DNA of 64,000 bases from Minisyncoccota bacterium (lineage in GTDB: Bacteria; Patescibacteriota; Minisyncoccia; 2-02-FULL-40-12; GWA2-44-9): the NCBI GenBank assembly GCA_035524755.1, contig DATKOD010000003.1, positions 2,206-66,205 on the forward strand, in the 5' to 3' direction. Shown here piece after piece: positions 26,108 to 35,513 of this stretch. Within the stretch, counting starts at the first letter, position 1. Every line of letters starts with the position of its first letter. A program made the translations under genes and the position numbers. The notes beneath the pieces were generated by a model. It was not told the origin of the DNA and did no database searches. It saw nothing but the letters and a program-made list of their open reading frames with translations.

Positions 26108-26494
26108 TTAGGGTGTTACTGACGGCTTCGCTCCCAACGACAATGGGGCGACTTCCACGAGGATGTTCGCCACCGGGTCGTAGAGGATCCCGATCTGCGC
26201 CGTATTGTAGATGAGGACCTTGTCGCCGACTTTCGCATTCTTGAAGAATGGCTGGCCGGCGAGCTTTGACATGTCGGTGACCGTCGCGACCACGGGTGTC
26301 TCGCCGGTCGGCAGTGCGTACAACTTCCCGACGGCGGCCACCAGCCGTGAAACTTCATCGAGCGCCGCCTGTTGTGCATCAACCGGTTTCCGGCCCGACA
26401 CATACACGTACGATGCGGTGCCGACCGCAACGACGATCAGGACACCGGCACCGATGACGACGGGAAGTTTCATGGATGGCTTCCAGGATATCAT
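26108..26494 (-). CDS. membrane-anchored hypothetical protein (128 aa)
   Basis: Starts at MISWKPSMKLPVVIGAGVLIVVAVG; the ATG overlaps the VKOR stop (TGATG). The track ORF 26108..26806 extends 5' antisense into VKOR. Confidence 0.5.
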   Translation of the reverse strand: MISWKPSMKLPVVIGAGVLIVVAVGTASYVYVSGRKPVDAQQAALDEVSRLVAAVGKLYALPTGETPVVATVTDMSKLAGQPFFKNAKVGDKVLIYNTAQIGILYDPVANILVEVAPLSLGAKPSVTP

Positions 26495-26913
26495 CAGTCG
26501 CGTTTCATGACTACGATACCGAGTATCAACAGCGTGGTCGATGTGAGCGCCGAAAGCATGCAGTACTGGCAAAACGCGTGGAGGATGAATGCTTGGACGG
26601 CGACGAAATACAGCGTACCCAGGAAGCCCGCCACCGATAGCCATGCCGCACGGTGCAGGAACCGCCGGTCCCATGAATCGAAGTACATGACCAACAGAAC
26701 GATCATCGCACCGTAGAACAACAAGCCGGTGGCCGAAACCGGTACTGGACCGATGGATGAGAATCCGCTGGCAAGCACCGCCTCGCATCCCTTCAGGATG
26801 GTACACGGAGGAAGTATTCCGCGCACATGCTCGGCGGTCAGGTACGCGGAATCCGCGAACCCGATGAGGGCCGTGATGAACATCCCGATGACGATCGCTT
26901 TACTGATGCGCAT
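26494..26913 (-). CDS. vitamin K epoxide reductase (VKOR) family protein, a DsbB-equivalent
   Basis: 139 aa with 4 TM and the active-site CTILKGC (CxxC) loop, plus conserved Cys pairs. VKOR fills the DsbB role in several bacterial lineages (established knowledge). Confidence 0.8.
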   Translation of the reverse strand: MRISKAIVIGMFITALIGFADSAYLTAEHVRGILPPCTILKGCEAVLASGFSSIGPVPVSATGLLFYGAMIVLLVMYFDSWDRRFLHRAAWLSVAGFLGTLYFVAVQAFILHAFCQYCMLSALTSTTLLILGIVVMKRD

Positions 26914-27652
26914 TGAGCGGTTGCAAAACCTTCGCCTTGAAATCGTCGAAACTGGACGGTTGTGCCATCTGCGAACCGTTCACGAAGAACGTCGGCGTTC
27001 CGTTCACACCAGAAGACACCGCGCTGTCATAATCCGCATTGACCGCGGCGATGACCGGTGCGGAATCGATATCAGCGGTGAATTTCGTCACGTCCAAGCC
27101 GAGGCTTCCCGCGTATGAAATGAATTGCGCACGCGCCGCCGAAGCCGACAGATTCTCCCAGGTGGTTTGGGTATCGAACAGCTTGTCATGCATCTGCCAA
27201 AACTTCCCCTGTAACGACGCGGCCTGCGCCGCCTGGGCCGATTCCTGCGCGTTGGGATGGATATCCCGCAACGGGAAGTAGCGGTACACGAGACGGACCT
27301 TGCCCGCGACCTGCGGATCGGCAAGCAGTTGGTTCACGACCGGGTAATACGCGGCGCATGCCGGGCATTCGAAATCGCTGTACTCCAGAAGCGTGACCGA
27401 TGCACTGGCAGGACCGATACTGATATCGGACGCCGATACCGGCACCGAAAGCGTGCCGTTCGTGGTGGTCGTGGGAACGCTGCCCGCTGCGCGATACATC
27501 AACCAGCCGATGCCGACGAGCACCACCGCAACGATCGCCCACATGATGGAGCTTCGCACGATACGGCGACGCCGGTCTTGCTGCGACTGCATCTGACGCT
27601 CCTCGCGCCGCGCTTGCCGGCGCTCTTCTTTGCTCGATATCCGTCCGTCCAT
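26900..27652 (-). CDS. DsbA-family thiol:disulfide oxidoreductase, second paralog
   Basis: 250 aa with a TM anchor and the motif YSDFECPAC. Confidence 0.85.
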   Translation of the reverse strand: MDGRISSKEERRQARREERQMQSQQDRRRRIVRSSIMWAIVAVVLVGIGWLMYRAAGSVPTTTTNGTLSVPVSASDISIGPASASVTLLEYSDFECPACAAYYPVVNQLLADPQVAGKVRLVYRYFPLRDIHPNAQESAQAAQAASLQGKFWQMHDKLFDTQTTWENLSASAARAQFISYAGSLGLDVTKFTADIDSAPVIAAVNADYDSAVSSGVNGTPTFFVNGSQMAQPSSFDDFKAKVLQPLNAHQ

Positions 27653-27708
27653 CCGGGTATCGTAGCAAACTGGCGCCGCGGCGGAAAGAGCCCTATACTG
27701 GAAGCACC

Positions 27709-28719
27709 ATGAAGATCATCTTCTTTGAAACGATGCCCGGTGAGGAGGAGTACTTCCGCGGGTCGGCGGCGTTGCCGCCCGGTAGTGAGCTGGAATTCCT
27801 CATCGAGCCGCTGAATGCGGACACTGCCGCACAAGCAGCAGGTGCGGACGTGGTATGCGTATTCGTGAAATCGGCGGTCGACCGCGGCGTCATCGATACC
27901 GTTCCGGGATTGCGGCTCATCGTGACGCGTTCCACCGGGTATGACCATGTCGACTGGCAGTACGCAAAGTCAAAGGGAATCCCGACCGCGAACGTACCGT
28001 CGTACGGCGCACATACGGTCGCGGAGTTCGCGTTCGGTCTCATGCTGATGCTTTCGCGTAAACTCTACCAGGCGAGCCATCAACTGCGCGAAGGGATGGA
28101 TTTCACCCAACGCTCACTGCAGGGCTTCGATCTGAACGGCAAGACGCTCGGTGTCCTGGGGACCGGCCGCATCGGCAAGAACGTCATCGGTATCGCTCAC
28201 GGATTCGGCATGGAGGTACTGGCGTTCGACGCATACCCCGACCAGGCATTCGCACAGACCGCGAAGTTTTCCTATGTCCCCTTGGAACAGTTGCTCGCCA
28301 AGAGCGACATCGTCACCATCCACGTCCCTTACACGCCCGAGACCCATCACCTGATGAACGCCGGACGGTTCAGGCAGCTCAAGAAAGGCGCATTCCTCAT
28401 CAACACGGCACGTGGGGACATCATCGATACGCCCGCTCTCATCACGGCGCTCAAGGACGGTACCGTCGCCGGCGCGGGCCTCGACGTCCTGGAAGGCGAA
28501 CGGGAGCTGGTGTCCGAGATGGAACTCCTGTCCGGCGACAGCACGCATCCCGCGGACTTCCGACAGCTCGCCACCGATGCGCTCCTCATCGACCTGCCCA
28601 ACGTCATCGTCACGCCGCATGTCGCGTTCAACACGCGTGAAGCGATGCACGAGATCATGCGCGTCGTCAGCGAGACCATCGGTGGATGGGCATCGGGAAA
28701 AGAACAGAAATTCCTCTGA
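27709..28719 (+). CDS. D-isomer-specific 2-hydroxyacid dehydrogenase (D-lactate dehydrogenase-like)
   Basis: 336 aa with the NAD-binding motif GVLGTGRIGK and catalytic R/E/H positions. Confidence 0.85.
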   Translation: MKIIFFETMPGEEEYFRGSAALPPGSELEFLIEPLNADTAAQAAGADVVCVFVKSAVDRGVIDTVPGLRLIVTRSTGYDHVDWQYAKSKGIPTANVPSYGAHTVAEFAFGLMLMLSRKLYQASHQLREGMDFTQRSLQGFDLNGKTLGVLGTGRIGKNVIGIAHGFGMEVLAFDAYPDQAFAQTAKFSYVPLEQLLAKSDIVTIHVPYTPETHHLMNAGRFRQLKKGAFLINTARGDIIDTPALITALKDGTVAGAGLDVLEGERELVSEMELLSGDSTHPADFRQLATDALLIDLPNVIVTPHVAFNTREAMHEIMRVVSETIGGWASGKEQKFL

Positions 28720-28721
28720 TC

Positions 28722-29945
28722 GTGACCGCACGCCAGGATGCACGTGAAATCATCGATGCCGGGATCGGCGCCGTCCTTACGGACGCCGTGGTACGGCGCT
28801 TGGTACGCCTCGAGGGGAACACGTTGCGCATCGCCGGAAGTTCGTTCGACCTGGCGTCGTACCGTCACGTACATGTCATCGGGTTCGGTAAGGCATCGTG
28901 CGAAGCGTCCGCGGCGTTGGAATCGGTTCTCGGCAGACGCGTCACGAAAGGCATCGCCATCGGCACCGAAGCACGGACGTGCGAGATGATCGACCTGTGC
29001 GAAGCGACGCATCCCCTGCCGTCAGCGCAGAATCTCCGGCTCACCGAGCGGTTGGTCAAACAGTGCGAGTCCGTGACCAAGGACGACTTGGTACTGGTGG
29101 TCGTATCCGGCGGCGGGTCCGCGATGCTGTGCTGGCCGGCCAGCGAATGCGAACAAGGGATCCGGCTCTACGAGGCGTCCAACCGCGCGGGACTTTCCAT
29201 CCATGAACTCAACACGGTGCGCAAGCACATCTCGTCGCTCAAGGGCGGCGGGTTGGCGAAGCTGCTCTACCCCGCGACCGTCGTCGGGCTCATTTTCTCC
29301 GACGTGCCGGGCGGACACGACGACCTCGTCGCATCCGGTCCGACATATCCTGACGCGACGACCGTTGCCGATGCGCGCGCGGTCATCTCGAAATATGACC
29401 TCGGCGACTATGAGCTCATGGAGACTCCCAAGGATGCCCGCTACTTCGGGAACGTCACCAATATCGTGCTGGTATCCAACCGCGACGCCCTTGCGGCCAT
29501 GGCGGTCAAAGCCGGAGAGTTGGGCTATGACGCGACGGTCATCGGTGCGGATTTCTACGATGCACCCGAGAAGCTCGTATCACGGATGCAGAACGCCGCG
29601 GCGCCGAAGCACGCCGTCATCGCCGGAGGTGAATCTTCCTATCCCGTCCCGGCGGAACACGGCACCGGCGGGCGGAATCAGCATGTCGCGCTGACGGCGG
29701 CGCTCGTGCTCCGCGCCGGGCAGACGTTCGCGGCGGCGGCGTCCGACGGACGCGATAATGGCTCGCACGGCGGTGCCATCGTCGATGCGACAACCGTGGC
29801 CCGCGCGCGCGATGCCGGATTCGATGCTGACACGGCGCTCCGCACCTGCGATGAAACAGTCCTCCTTGAACGCACCGGCGACCTCATCGAGATGCCGCCG
29901 ACCGGCGCGAACGTATCGGATCTGTATTTGCTGCTGTCAGAGTAA
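28722..29945 (+). CDS. glycerate kinase (MOFRL/GckA family)
   Basis: Has the GGESS...GGRNQH motif. GTG start just after the upstream stop; the track ORF starts at 28686. Confidence 0.75.
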   Translation: MTARQDAREIIDAGIGAVLTDAVVRRLVRLEGNTLRIAGSSFDLASYRHVHVIGFGKASCEASAALESVLGRRVTKGIAIGTEARTCEMIDLCEATHPLPSAQNLRLTERLVKQCESVTKDDLVLVVVSGGGSAMLCWPASECEQGIRLYEASNRAGLSIHELNTVRKHISSLKGGGLAKLLYPATVVGLIFSDVPGGHDDLVASGPTYPDATTVADARAVISKYDLGDYELMETPKDARYFGNVTNIVLVSNRDALAAMAVKAGELGYDATVIGADFYDAPEKLVSRMQNAAAPKHAVIAGGESSYPVPAEHGTGGRNQHVALTAALVLRAGQTFAAAASDGRDNGSHGGAIVDATTVARARDAGFDADTALRTCDETVLLERTGDLIEMPPTGANVSDLYLLLSE

Positions 29946-29997
29946 GAAAACGGCCCCGGGGCGGTGAAGCCCCGAGGCCGGGAAGGAACGGAAGGAA

Positions 29998-32232
29998 CTA
30001 GCGGGCGCTGCAGGCGCAGCTGACGGTCAGCGACGCGTCATGCAACCAGGCCGCTTGGACGCCGCATGCCGTGCTGGTGGCGCTGTCGGTGAAGTCGTAC
30101 TCGTAGGTGGTCACGCCCGGGATGGAGCTCTGGTAGGTGGCATCGTCGCTGCCGTAGTAGTTGCTCCACTTGTAGTTGTTGTTGGAGTTGCCGTGGCGAT
30201 GCGGCGTGTCGCATTCGTGGTTGGGGCCGTCCTGCCAGGTTCCGCCGTCGGCCGTGCAGGCGTCTCGCGCATGGCTCGAGCTGTCGTGCATGTAGTACAC
30301 GTACTGCGTCGGTCCCGTCTGCGGGAGCTTGTAGAACGCGTAGAGCGTCTGGCTGTTGAAGCCCGTGAACGTGGCGCTCGCGCCGGGGCCCAGGTTGAAC
30401 GTGCCGTTCGGGATGATGCTGTCCGCGGGGTCGTCCTTGTTCGTGGCCACCACGATGGCGTACGTGACCTGGTCGCTCCGGTTGTTCTTCAGGGTCCAGG
30501 TGTTGACCTTCGGGCAGTCCTGCGGCGGGATCGCGATGCTGTAGGTGTGGTCGTAGCTCTTCGTGCACTGCAGCTCCGACGGGCCATAGCTGACCACCTC
30601 GGTGTAGACGTCCGAGAAGGTGAAGGTCGAGCCGTAGGCCGGGCGGTTCACCACCTTGGGCAACGGATCGGACCACGTGCCGCCCGACGGGCGAACCGTA
30701 CCGCTGGTCACCTTCTCGGTGGTCGCGGTCTTGTCGGTGAGGTCGAGGTCACCACGGAAGTCCGGCGGGGTCGGCGTGTAGTCGGCACAGGTCTTGGTGC
30801 GCGGCGGGATGACCACGGGCGTCGTCACCGGACAGGTCAGCGAACCGCGAACGACCGTCAGAGTCGCGGTGAGGGTCTGCTGGCTGTCGGTCTGAGCGTA
30901 GCCGTGCGTCACGTTGAACGGATTGTTCTCGTTGTCGGACGCTCCGTCGCCGTATGCCAGCGACCCGGTGCCGGGGTTCACCCAGCTGCCATGGAGGCCG
31001 ACGTTGTACGTGCTCGCGATGCTGGCACGCACCGACTTGGCGTGCACCGAGTCCGCCCCCACCGTGTAGGTGCTCAGCTGCGGGTTCACGTCTCCGCATG
31101 TCGGGTCCTTCGCGGGCACCGTCTTGGTGAAGGGCTTGGAGACCGTGCACTTGAGGTTGTCCGGGCCGTAGCTCTTCGTGTAGGTGTCGCTGAAGGAGGC
31201 GTCCGGCTGTCCGAAGTTCGGACGATTGACCGTCGCCGGAAGCGCGGTGGACCACGTGCCGCCCGTCGGAGCGACCGTGCCGGCGTCGAACGTGTAGCTC
31301 GACGGTCCGGGGGTCACGCCCAGGTCACCCGTGATGGTCGGCGGGGTGTAGTCCTTGCAGGTGGGGTTCGTGCCGACCGTGACGGTGATGGACGGGTCGC
31401 ACTCCACACCGCCGCCGGTGAGCTTCAGCTTGATGGTGAACTTCTGCTGCGGCTCGGCGGGGTACGTGTGGCTCACGGGGACACCGTTGGTCGCCGATGA
31501 GGTCGTGTTGTCGCCCCAGTCGAGGACGCCATTGATCTTGGTGTCGCCGACCTTGTGGTTGAACTTCGGCGTGACCGTGATCGTGGTGCCGTCCTGCGTG
31601 TACGTGAGCGATCCGTTGATGGTCTCGCAGGTCACGCAGGGCTCGGGGTAGTTGAACACCACCCCGAACGGCCACCTCACCTCGTCGGTCGCATTCTTGA
31701 AGAGGCCGTCGTGCTGGTCCATGCCGCAGGAGTTGACGCTCACGTCCCACTGCGTCGTGAGCTTGACGCCCACGGTGGACGCCTTGAACGTCAGGTGGTC
31801 GTTCTGGTCGGCCCCGTTGCCGGAGCCGGCCGAACCGCAGCTGTTCTCGGGGGCGTGGAACGCGCCTGAGCGCAGCCATCCGTCCGAGGCGCTGATGATG
31901 CCCCAGGTGACGGTGTACTTCTTCGACGCGGTCACGACCTGGCAGCGGTTGTCGAGCAGATCGAGGTTCGTATCGAGCACGCAGAACGTCAGGGTCTTGT
32001 CGCGAGAGCTGACCGTCTCCTTGCCCTCGCAGATGCCGGAGCCGGTGACCGTCTGGCCCGTGCCGGATGCCGGAGGCGCCGGGACGGACGCGTTGGAACC
32101 GCTCGTGGCGGGGGCCTCGGAGACGACACTCGGGGAGGTGGACGTGTCGCCGCCCTTGTTGCAGGCGACGGGAACGAGGCAGACCGCCGTCACGACGGCG
32201 GCGATGCCCAGGAACGTCATCAATCGACGCAT
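29998..32232 (-). CDS. large Cys-rich lipoprotein with two internal ~100-aa repeats, hypothetical
   Basis: 744 aa. Signal peptide plus lipobox (LVPVAC). Two paralogous modules (TCKDYTPPTITGDLG... and TCADYTPTPPDFRGDLD...). More than 30 Cys. The segment has extreme GC with open frames on all strands. Confidence 0.75.
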   Translation of the reverse strand: MRRLMTFLGIAAVVTAVCLVPVACNKGGDTSTSPSVVSEAPATSGSNASVPAPPASGTGQTVTGSGICEGKETVSSRDKTLTFCVLDTNLDLLDNRCQVVTASKKYTVTWGIISASDGWLRSGAFHAPENSCGSAGSGNGADQNDHLTFKASTVGVKLTTQWDVSVNSCGMDQHDGLFKNATDEVRWPFGVVFNYPEPCVTCETINGSLTYTQDGTTITVTPKFNHKVGDTKINGVLDWGDNTTSSATNGVPVSHTYPAEPQQKFTIKLKLTGGGVECDPSITVTVGTNPTCKDYTPPTITGDLGVTPGPSSYTFDAGTVAPTGGTWSTALPATVNRPNFGQPDASFSDTYTKSYGPDNLKCTVSKPFTKTVPAKDPTCGDVNPQLSTYTVGADSVHAKSVRASIASTYNVGLHGSWVNPGTGSLAYGDGASDNENNPFNVTHGYAQTDSQQTLTATLTVVRGSLTCPVTTPVVIPPRTKTCADYTPTPPDFRGDLDLTDKTATTEKVTSGTVRPSGGTWSDPLPKVVNRPAYGSTFTFSDVYTEVVSYGPSELQCTKSYDHTYSIAIPPQDCPKVNTWTLKNNRSDQVTYAIVVATNKDDPADSIIPNGTFNLGPGASATFTGFNSQTLYAFYKLPQTGPTQYVYYMHDSSSHARDACTADGGTWQDGPNHECDTPHRHGNSNNNYKWSNYYGSDDATYQSSIPGVTTYEYDFTDSATSTACGVQAAWLHDASLTVSCACSAR

Positions 32233-32307
32233 GCGTCCTCCAAACGGCGAACAAACGTCATTCGCCTTGATTTACCTATGTTTTACGGATTGTCAAAAAA
32301 CACCTCG

Positions 32308-32361
32308 GGCCAACGATTGGCCGGCGAATATAATACAGGTGTTGACACAAAAAGTCAACAC
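32308..32361. promoter_or_regulatory. two perfect inverted repeats in the divergent promoter region (GGCCAACGATTGGCC; GTGTTGAC-n7-GTCAACAC overlapping a TTGACA -35), candidate operator sites
   Basis: Palindromes lie between the lipoprotein start (32232, minus) and the AI-2E transporter start (32379, plus). TATACT follows 19 nt after TTGACA. Confidence 0.4.
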
Positions 32362-32378
32362 TGTGGTATACTTCCCGT

Positions 32379-33458
32379 ATGGGAGGAACCGGTCTCGGCT
32401 ATTGGTCGTTCTTCGCCGTTCTGGCGATTGCCGCGTTCGTCGTCGGCTCAATGCTGGTGCCGTTCTTGAGCATCCTCGCGTTCGGCGCGGTGCTCGCGTT
32501 CATATTCTCCCCGGTATACCGTCTGGTCCGTGCCGGCATCCGCAGTCCGTCACTTTCGGCGTTCGTCGTGACGCTCCTCATGCTCGTCGTGGTGTTGGTT
32601 CCGCTATCGTTCGCCGGATACCAGGCTATCCGCGAAGGCGCCACGGTCTACGGGTTGCTCCGCTCCGGCACCGTTCCTGCGGTGTTCGTCTCGGTCGCAT
32701 CCTATGGTCAGCGTGTCTTGAACCAGTTCTCGGTCGGTGCGAAATTGGACCCCGCCTCACTGGTCACGGCCGCACAGAGTGCGCTGGCATGGATCGTCGC
32801 ACGTACCGGTCAGATATTCTTGAGCGTCAGTGAACTGGTGCTGTCGTTCGTCCTGCTGCTGTTCATCTTCTTCTATTTCGTCCGCGACGGTCATGCGATC
32901 CTGGAGGGATTCATAGGATTGTCACCGCTCTCGGCTCGCGAAGGCCGCTCGGTGTTGCAGCGCATCGGCACGTCGGTCTGGGCAGCGGTCATCGGTTCCG
33001 TGCTCATGGCGTTGGTCCAGGGATTGACCGCATGGCTCGGCTTCTGGATCCTCCGCGTTCCGGACGCCGCACTGCTCGGAGGGTTCACCATGCTGGCATC
33101 GTTCATCCCGTCCTTCGGCACCGCGCTGATCCAGATCCCGGTCATCATCTACCTCTACACCACCGGAGCGCACGGTGCGGCGTTGGCGTTGACGATATGG
33201 TCAGTGGTCGTGGTCGGCCTGTTGGACAACTTCCTTCGCGCGTTGCTTCTGTCAGGAACGCGCATGCATCCGTTGCTCGCACTCGTGTCCGTGCTCGGCG
33301 GCATCACGTTCTTCGGACCCCTGGGCATCGTGCTTGGGCCGGCAACCGTCGCCGTGTTCACGGCGCTCCTGGAAGTCTCCCCCGTCGTCATCAGCCGCGC
33401 GTACGGCAAGAAGCCTACGCGGACTTCTTCTCCGGGCCCAACGGGAGCAGCACGCTGA
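32379..33458 (+). CDS. AI-2E family transporter (PerM/YdiK-like)
   Basis: 359 aa, multi-TM, with the family pattern. Confidence 0.85.
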   Translation: MGGTGLGYWSFFAVLAIAAFVVGSMLVPFLSILAFGAVLAFIFSPVYRLVRAGIRSPSLSAFVVTLLMLVVVLVPLSFAGYQAIREGATVYGLLRSGTVPAVFVSVASYGQRVLNQFSVGAKLDPASLVTAAQSALAWIVARTGQIFLSVSELVLSFVLLLFIFFYFVRDGHAILEGFIGLSPLSAREGRSVLQRIGTSVWAAVIGSVLMALVQGLTAWLGFWILRVPDAALLGGFTMLASFIPSFGTALIQIPVIIYLYTTGAHGAALALTIWSVVVVGLLDNFLRALLLSGTRMHPLLALVSVLGGITFFGPLGIVLGPATVAVFTALLEVSPVVISRAYGKKPTRTSSPGPTGAAR

Positions 33459-34587
33459 ACGTGCTTCCCTTGCCCTCGACTGAAATAAACGTGATCGTGC
33501 CACCCGCCTGCGTCACGATGGTCTTGACGATGTAGAGTCCCAAGCCGGTGCCCTCCGGCTCCATGGTCTGTGCATTGTCTCCACGGAACAATTTCTGGAA
33601 TACCCGGGGTTGTTCATTTCCGGAAATACCGATGCCCGTGTCGGTGACCGTGAGACCCAAATGGCCGTCGATACTCCCTACATGTACCGACACCGTCCCG
33701 CCGCTGGGAGTATATTTCACGGCATTGGAAAGGAGATTCTGCACGATGAGCGCGAAGAGCCGCGCATCGATGTTCACCGTGCTGATCGCCGGGTCGTACG
33801 TATCCTGGACGGTCAGTTGCCGGGAACGGATCTGTTCATCGAATTCGTCGAGCACGCTTTTCACGAGCGGCACGATCGGCACTTCTTCGGGGCGGTTCGG
33901 GAACACGCCCATCTCCAGACGCGAGACGTTCAGGAACGCATCGATGAGCTCCGTCATGCGCTTGTTGGTCTTGCGGATCTCGCCGATATACTCGCGCTGT
34001 TTCACCGACAGCGGATGTTCGGTATCCGTGAGCAGTAATTCCGTGTACCAATTCAGGGCGTTCAAGGGCGCCCGGAGCTGGTGCGAAGCCAATGTGACGA
34101 ATTCCGTCTTTGCACGGTCCAGCTGGCGCTCCATCGTCACATCGCGGAACACCTGCACGACTCCGCGGAGAAAACCATCCATCACGGGGGACACTCGGAT
34201 GGATGCGGCGAACACCGTCCCGTCAGGACGCTGGTATAGGTGCGTGTCATCGACGATGGTCTCACCCTTCAGGGCACGGAGGAAATCCCGGTTTTCGCGC
34301 GGTACCGGTGTCCCGGCCTCATCCACCATGTGCGCCACCTCGTGCATGTCCCTGCCGATGGCATCATCAGCGGAAATTCCGAGCAGACGCTGCGCCGCCA
34401 CATTGATGCGCGTGACCCGGCCGGACGTATCCAGGGCGATGACTCCGTCCGCGATTCCGGAAAGCAGTGCTTCGTCGTAGGCTTCCGCAGCTTCAAGTTG
34501 TTCCTTTGCGGCGGTCAGATCCTCGAGCACATTCAACAATGCGGCCCGCGATTCATCCGCCGTGTTCGTGATCGGTTCATCAGCCAT
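33415..34587 (-). CDS. PAS-domain sensor histidine kinase (cytoplasmic)
   Basis: 390 aa with a PAS region, H-box (LASHQLRAPLNAL) and HATPase motifs (NLLSNAVKYT, DTGIGI, GTGLGLYIV). Confidence 0.85.
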   Translation of the reverse strand: MADEPITNTADESRAALLNVLEDLTAAKEQLEAAEAYDEALLSGIADGVIALDTSGRVTRINVAAQRLLGISADDAIGRDMHEVAHMVDEAGTPVPRENRDFLRALKGETIVDDTHLYQRPDGTVFAASIRVSPVMDGFLRGVVQVFRDVTMERQLDRAKTEFVTLASHQLRAPLNALNWYTELLLTDTEHPLSVKQREYIGEIRKTNKRMTELIDAFLNVSRLEMGVFPNRPEEVPIVPLVKSVLDEFDEQIRSRQLTVQDTYDPAISTVNIDARLFALIVQNLLSNAVKYTPSGGTVSVHVGSIDGHLGLTVTDTGIGISGNEQPRVFQKLFRGDNAQTMEPEGTGLGLYIVKTIVTQAGGTITFISVEGKGSTFSVLLPLGPEKKSA

Positions 34588-34621
34588 AGTTCAAGTATAC
34601 AACATGCGGTACAATGGTGGC

Positions 34622-35494
34622 ATGGGTCCCGTGCAATCGGAGAAATGGTTCAGAGCGATCGCGGAGGCCACGTTGGACATCGTGTTCATCGTGGAGGCCG
34701 ACGGGAGCGTCGCGTACGTGAATCCGGTCGCCGCCGCCTGGATCGGAAAATCCCCCGAACAGATCATCGGCTCCCGGCAGGGCGATCTGTTCATGCCCTC
34801 GACCGTCACCCGGCAGATGGCGGCAATCAGGCAGGTATTCGAAACCGGCCAGTCGAGTTCGACGCAGGACATCTCGGAAGTCGGCGGGCTCCGTCGTTTC
34901 CTGGACACGCGATTGATCCCCCTCCGTGATGAGAACGGCACCGTGAACGCCGTATTGGGATTCGCGCGCGACGTGACGCAGGAGCGCGCCATCAGCGAGA
35001 ACCTCCGGAAATCGGAAGAACGTTTCCGGGCGCTCATCGAGCATTCTGACGAGGTCATCGTCATCAATGACGCCACGAACAAGCGTCTCTTCGTTTCCCC
35101 GTCGGTGGAACGCATTCTGGGCTATTCTGTCCAAGAATACCTGGCGCAGACGGTGACCGATATCATCCACCCCGATGACGTAGCGGCACTACAGGAGGTG
35201 AATACGCGTTCCGATGCCAATCCCCGCACTCCGTTCAGGATCACGTTCCGTATCCGGCATAAGAACGGCGAGTGGCGGTGGATAGACGCGACCCTGACGA
35301 ACCTGTTCGAATTGCCCGCCATCAGGGGACGGGTCATCAACCTGCACGACATCACCGATCTGCGGCGCGCACAGGAAGCTGAGGCGCGCGCCGCGGAGCT
35401 GGAACGCATCGCGAACATCATGACCGGTCGCGAACTCAAAATGGCCGAGCTGAAAGAAGAGATCGAGCGTCTGAAAACTGAAAAGGGCGCCTGA
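34622..35494 (+). CDS. tandem PAS-domain protein (no output domain)
   Basis: Two PAS repeats followed by a C-terminal coiled coil. Start at MGPVQSEKWF, with GGTGG 4 nt upstream; the track ORF starts at 34562. Confidence 0.7.
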   Translation: MGPVQSEKWFRAIAEATLDIVFIVEADGSVAYVNPVAAAWIGKSPEQIIGSRQGDLFMPSTVTRQMAAIRQVFETGQSSSTQDISEVGGLRRFLDTRLIPLRDENGTVNAVLGFARDVTQERAISENLRKSEERFRALIEHSDEVIVINDATNKRLFVSPSVERILGYSVQEYLAQTVTDIIHPDDVAALQEVNTRSDANPRTPFRITFRIRHKNGEWRWIDATLTNLFELPAIRGRVINLHDITDLRRAQEAEARAAELERIANIMTGRELKMAELKEEIERLKTEKGA

Positions 35495-35506
35495 GGCGCC
35501 CTTTTC
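35485..35506. terminator. intrinsic terminator (GGGCGCC-tga-GGCGCCC-TTTTCAG) overlapping the PAS gene stop; bidirectional
   Basis: Perfect 7-bp GC stem plus a T-run. Confidence 0.55.
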
Positions 35507-35513
35507 AGTCAGA

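Noticed and set aside
30038-32254. Long ORFs in five other frames across the lipoprotein locus (e.g. 30040..31500 +, 31325..32254 -, 30038..30676 -, 31652..32833 +)
   Set aside because: Their Arg/Gly/Ala/Val-rich translations are typical of stop-codon depletion in extreme-GC DNA. Only the 29998..32232 frame has a signal peptide, lipobox and internal protein-like repeats.
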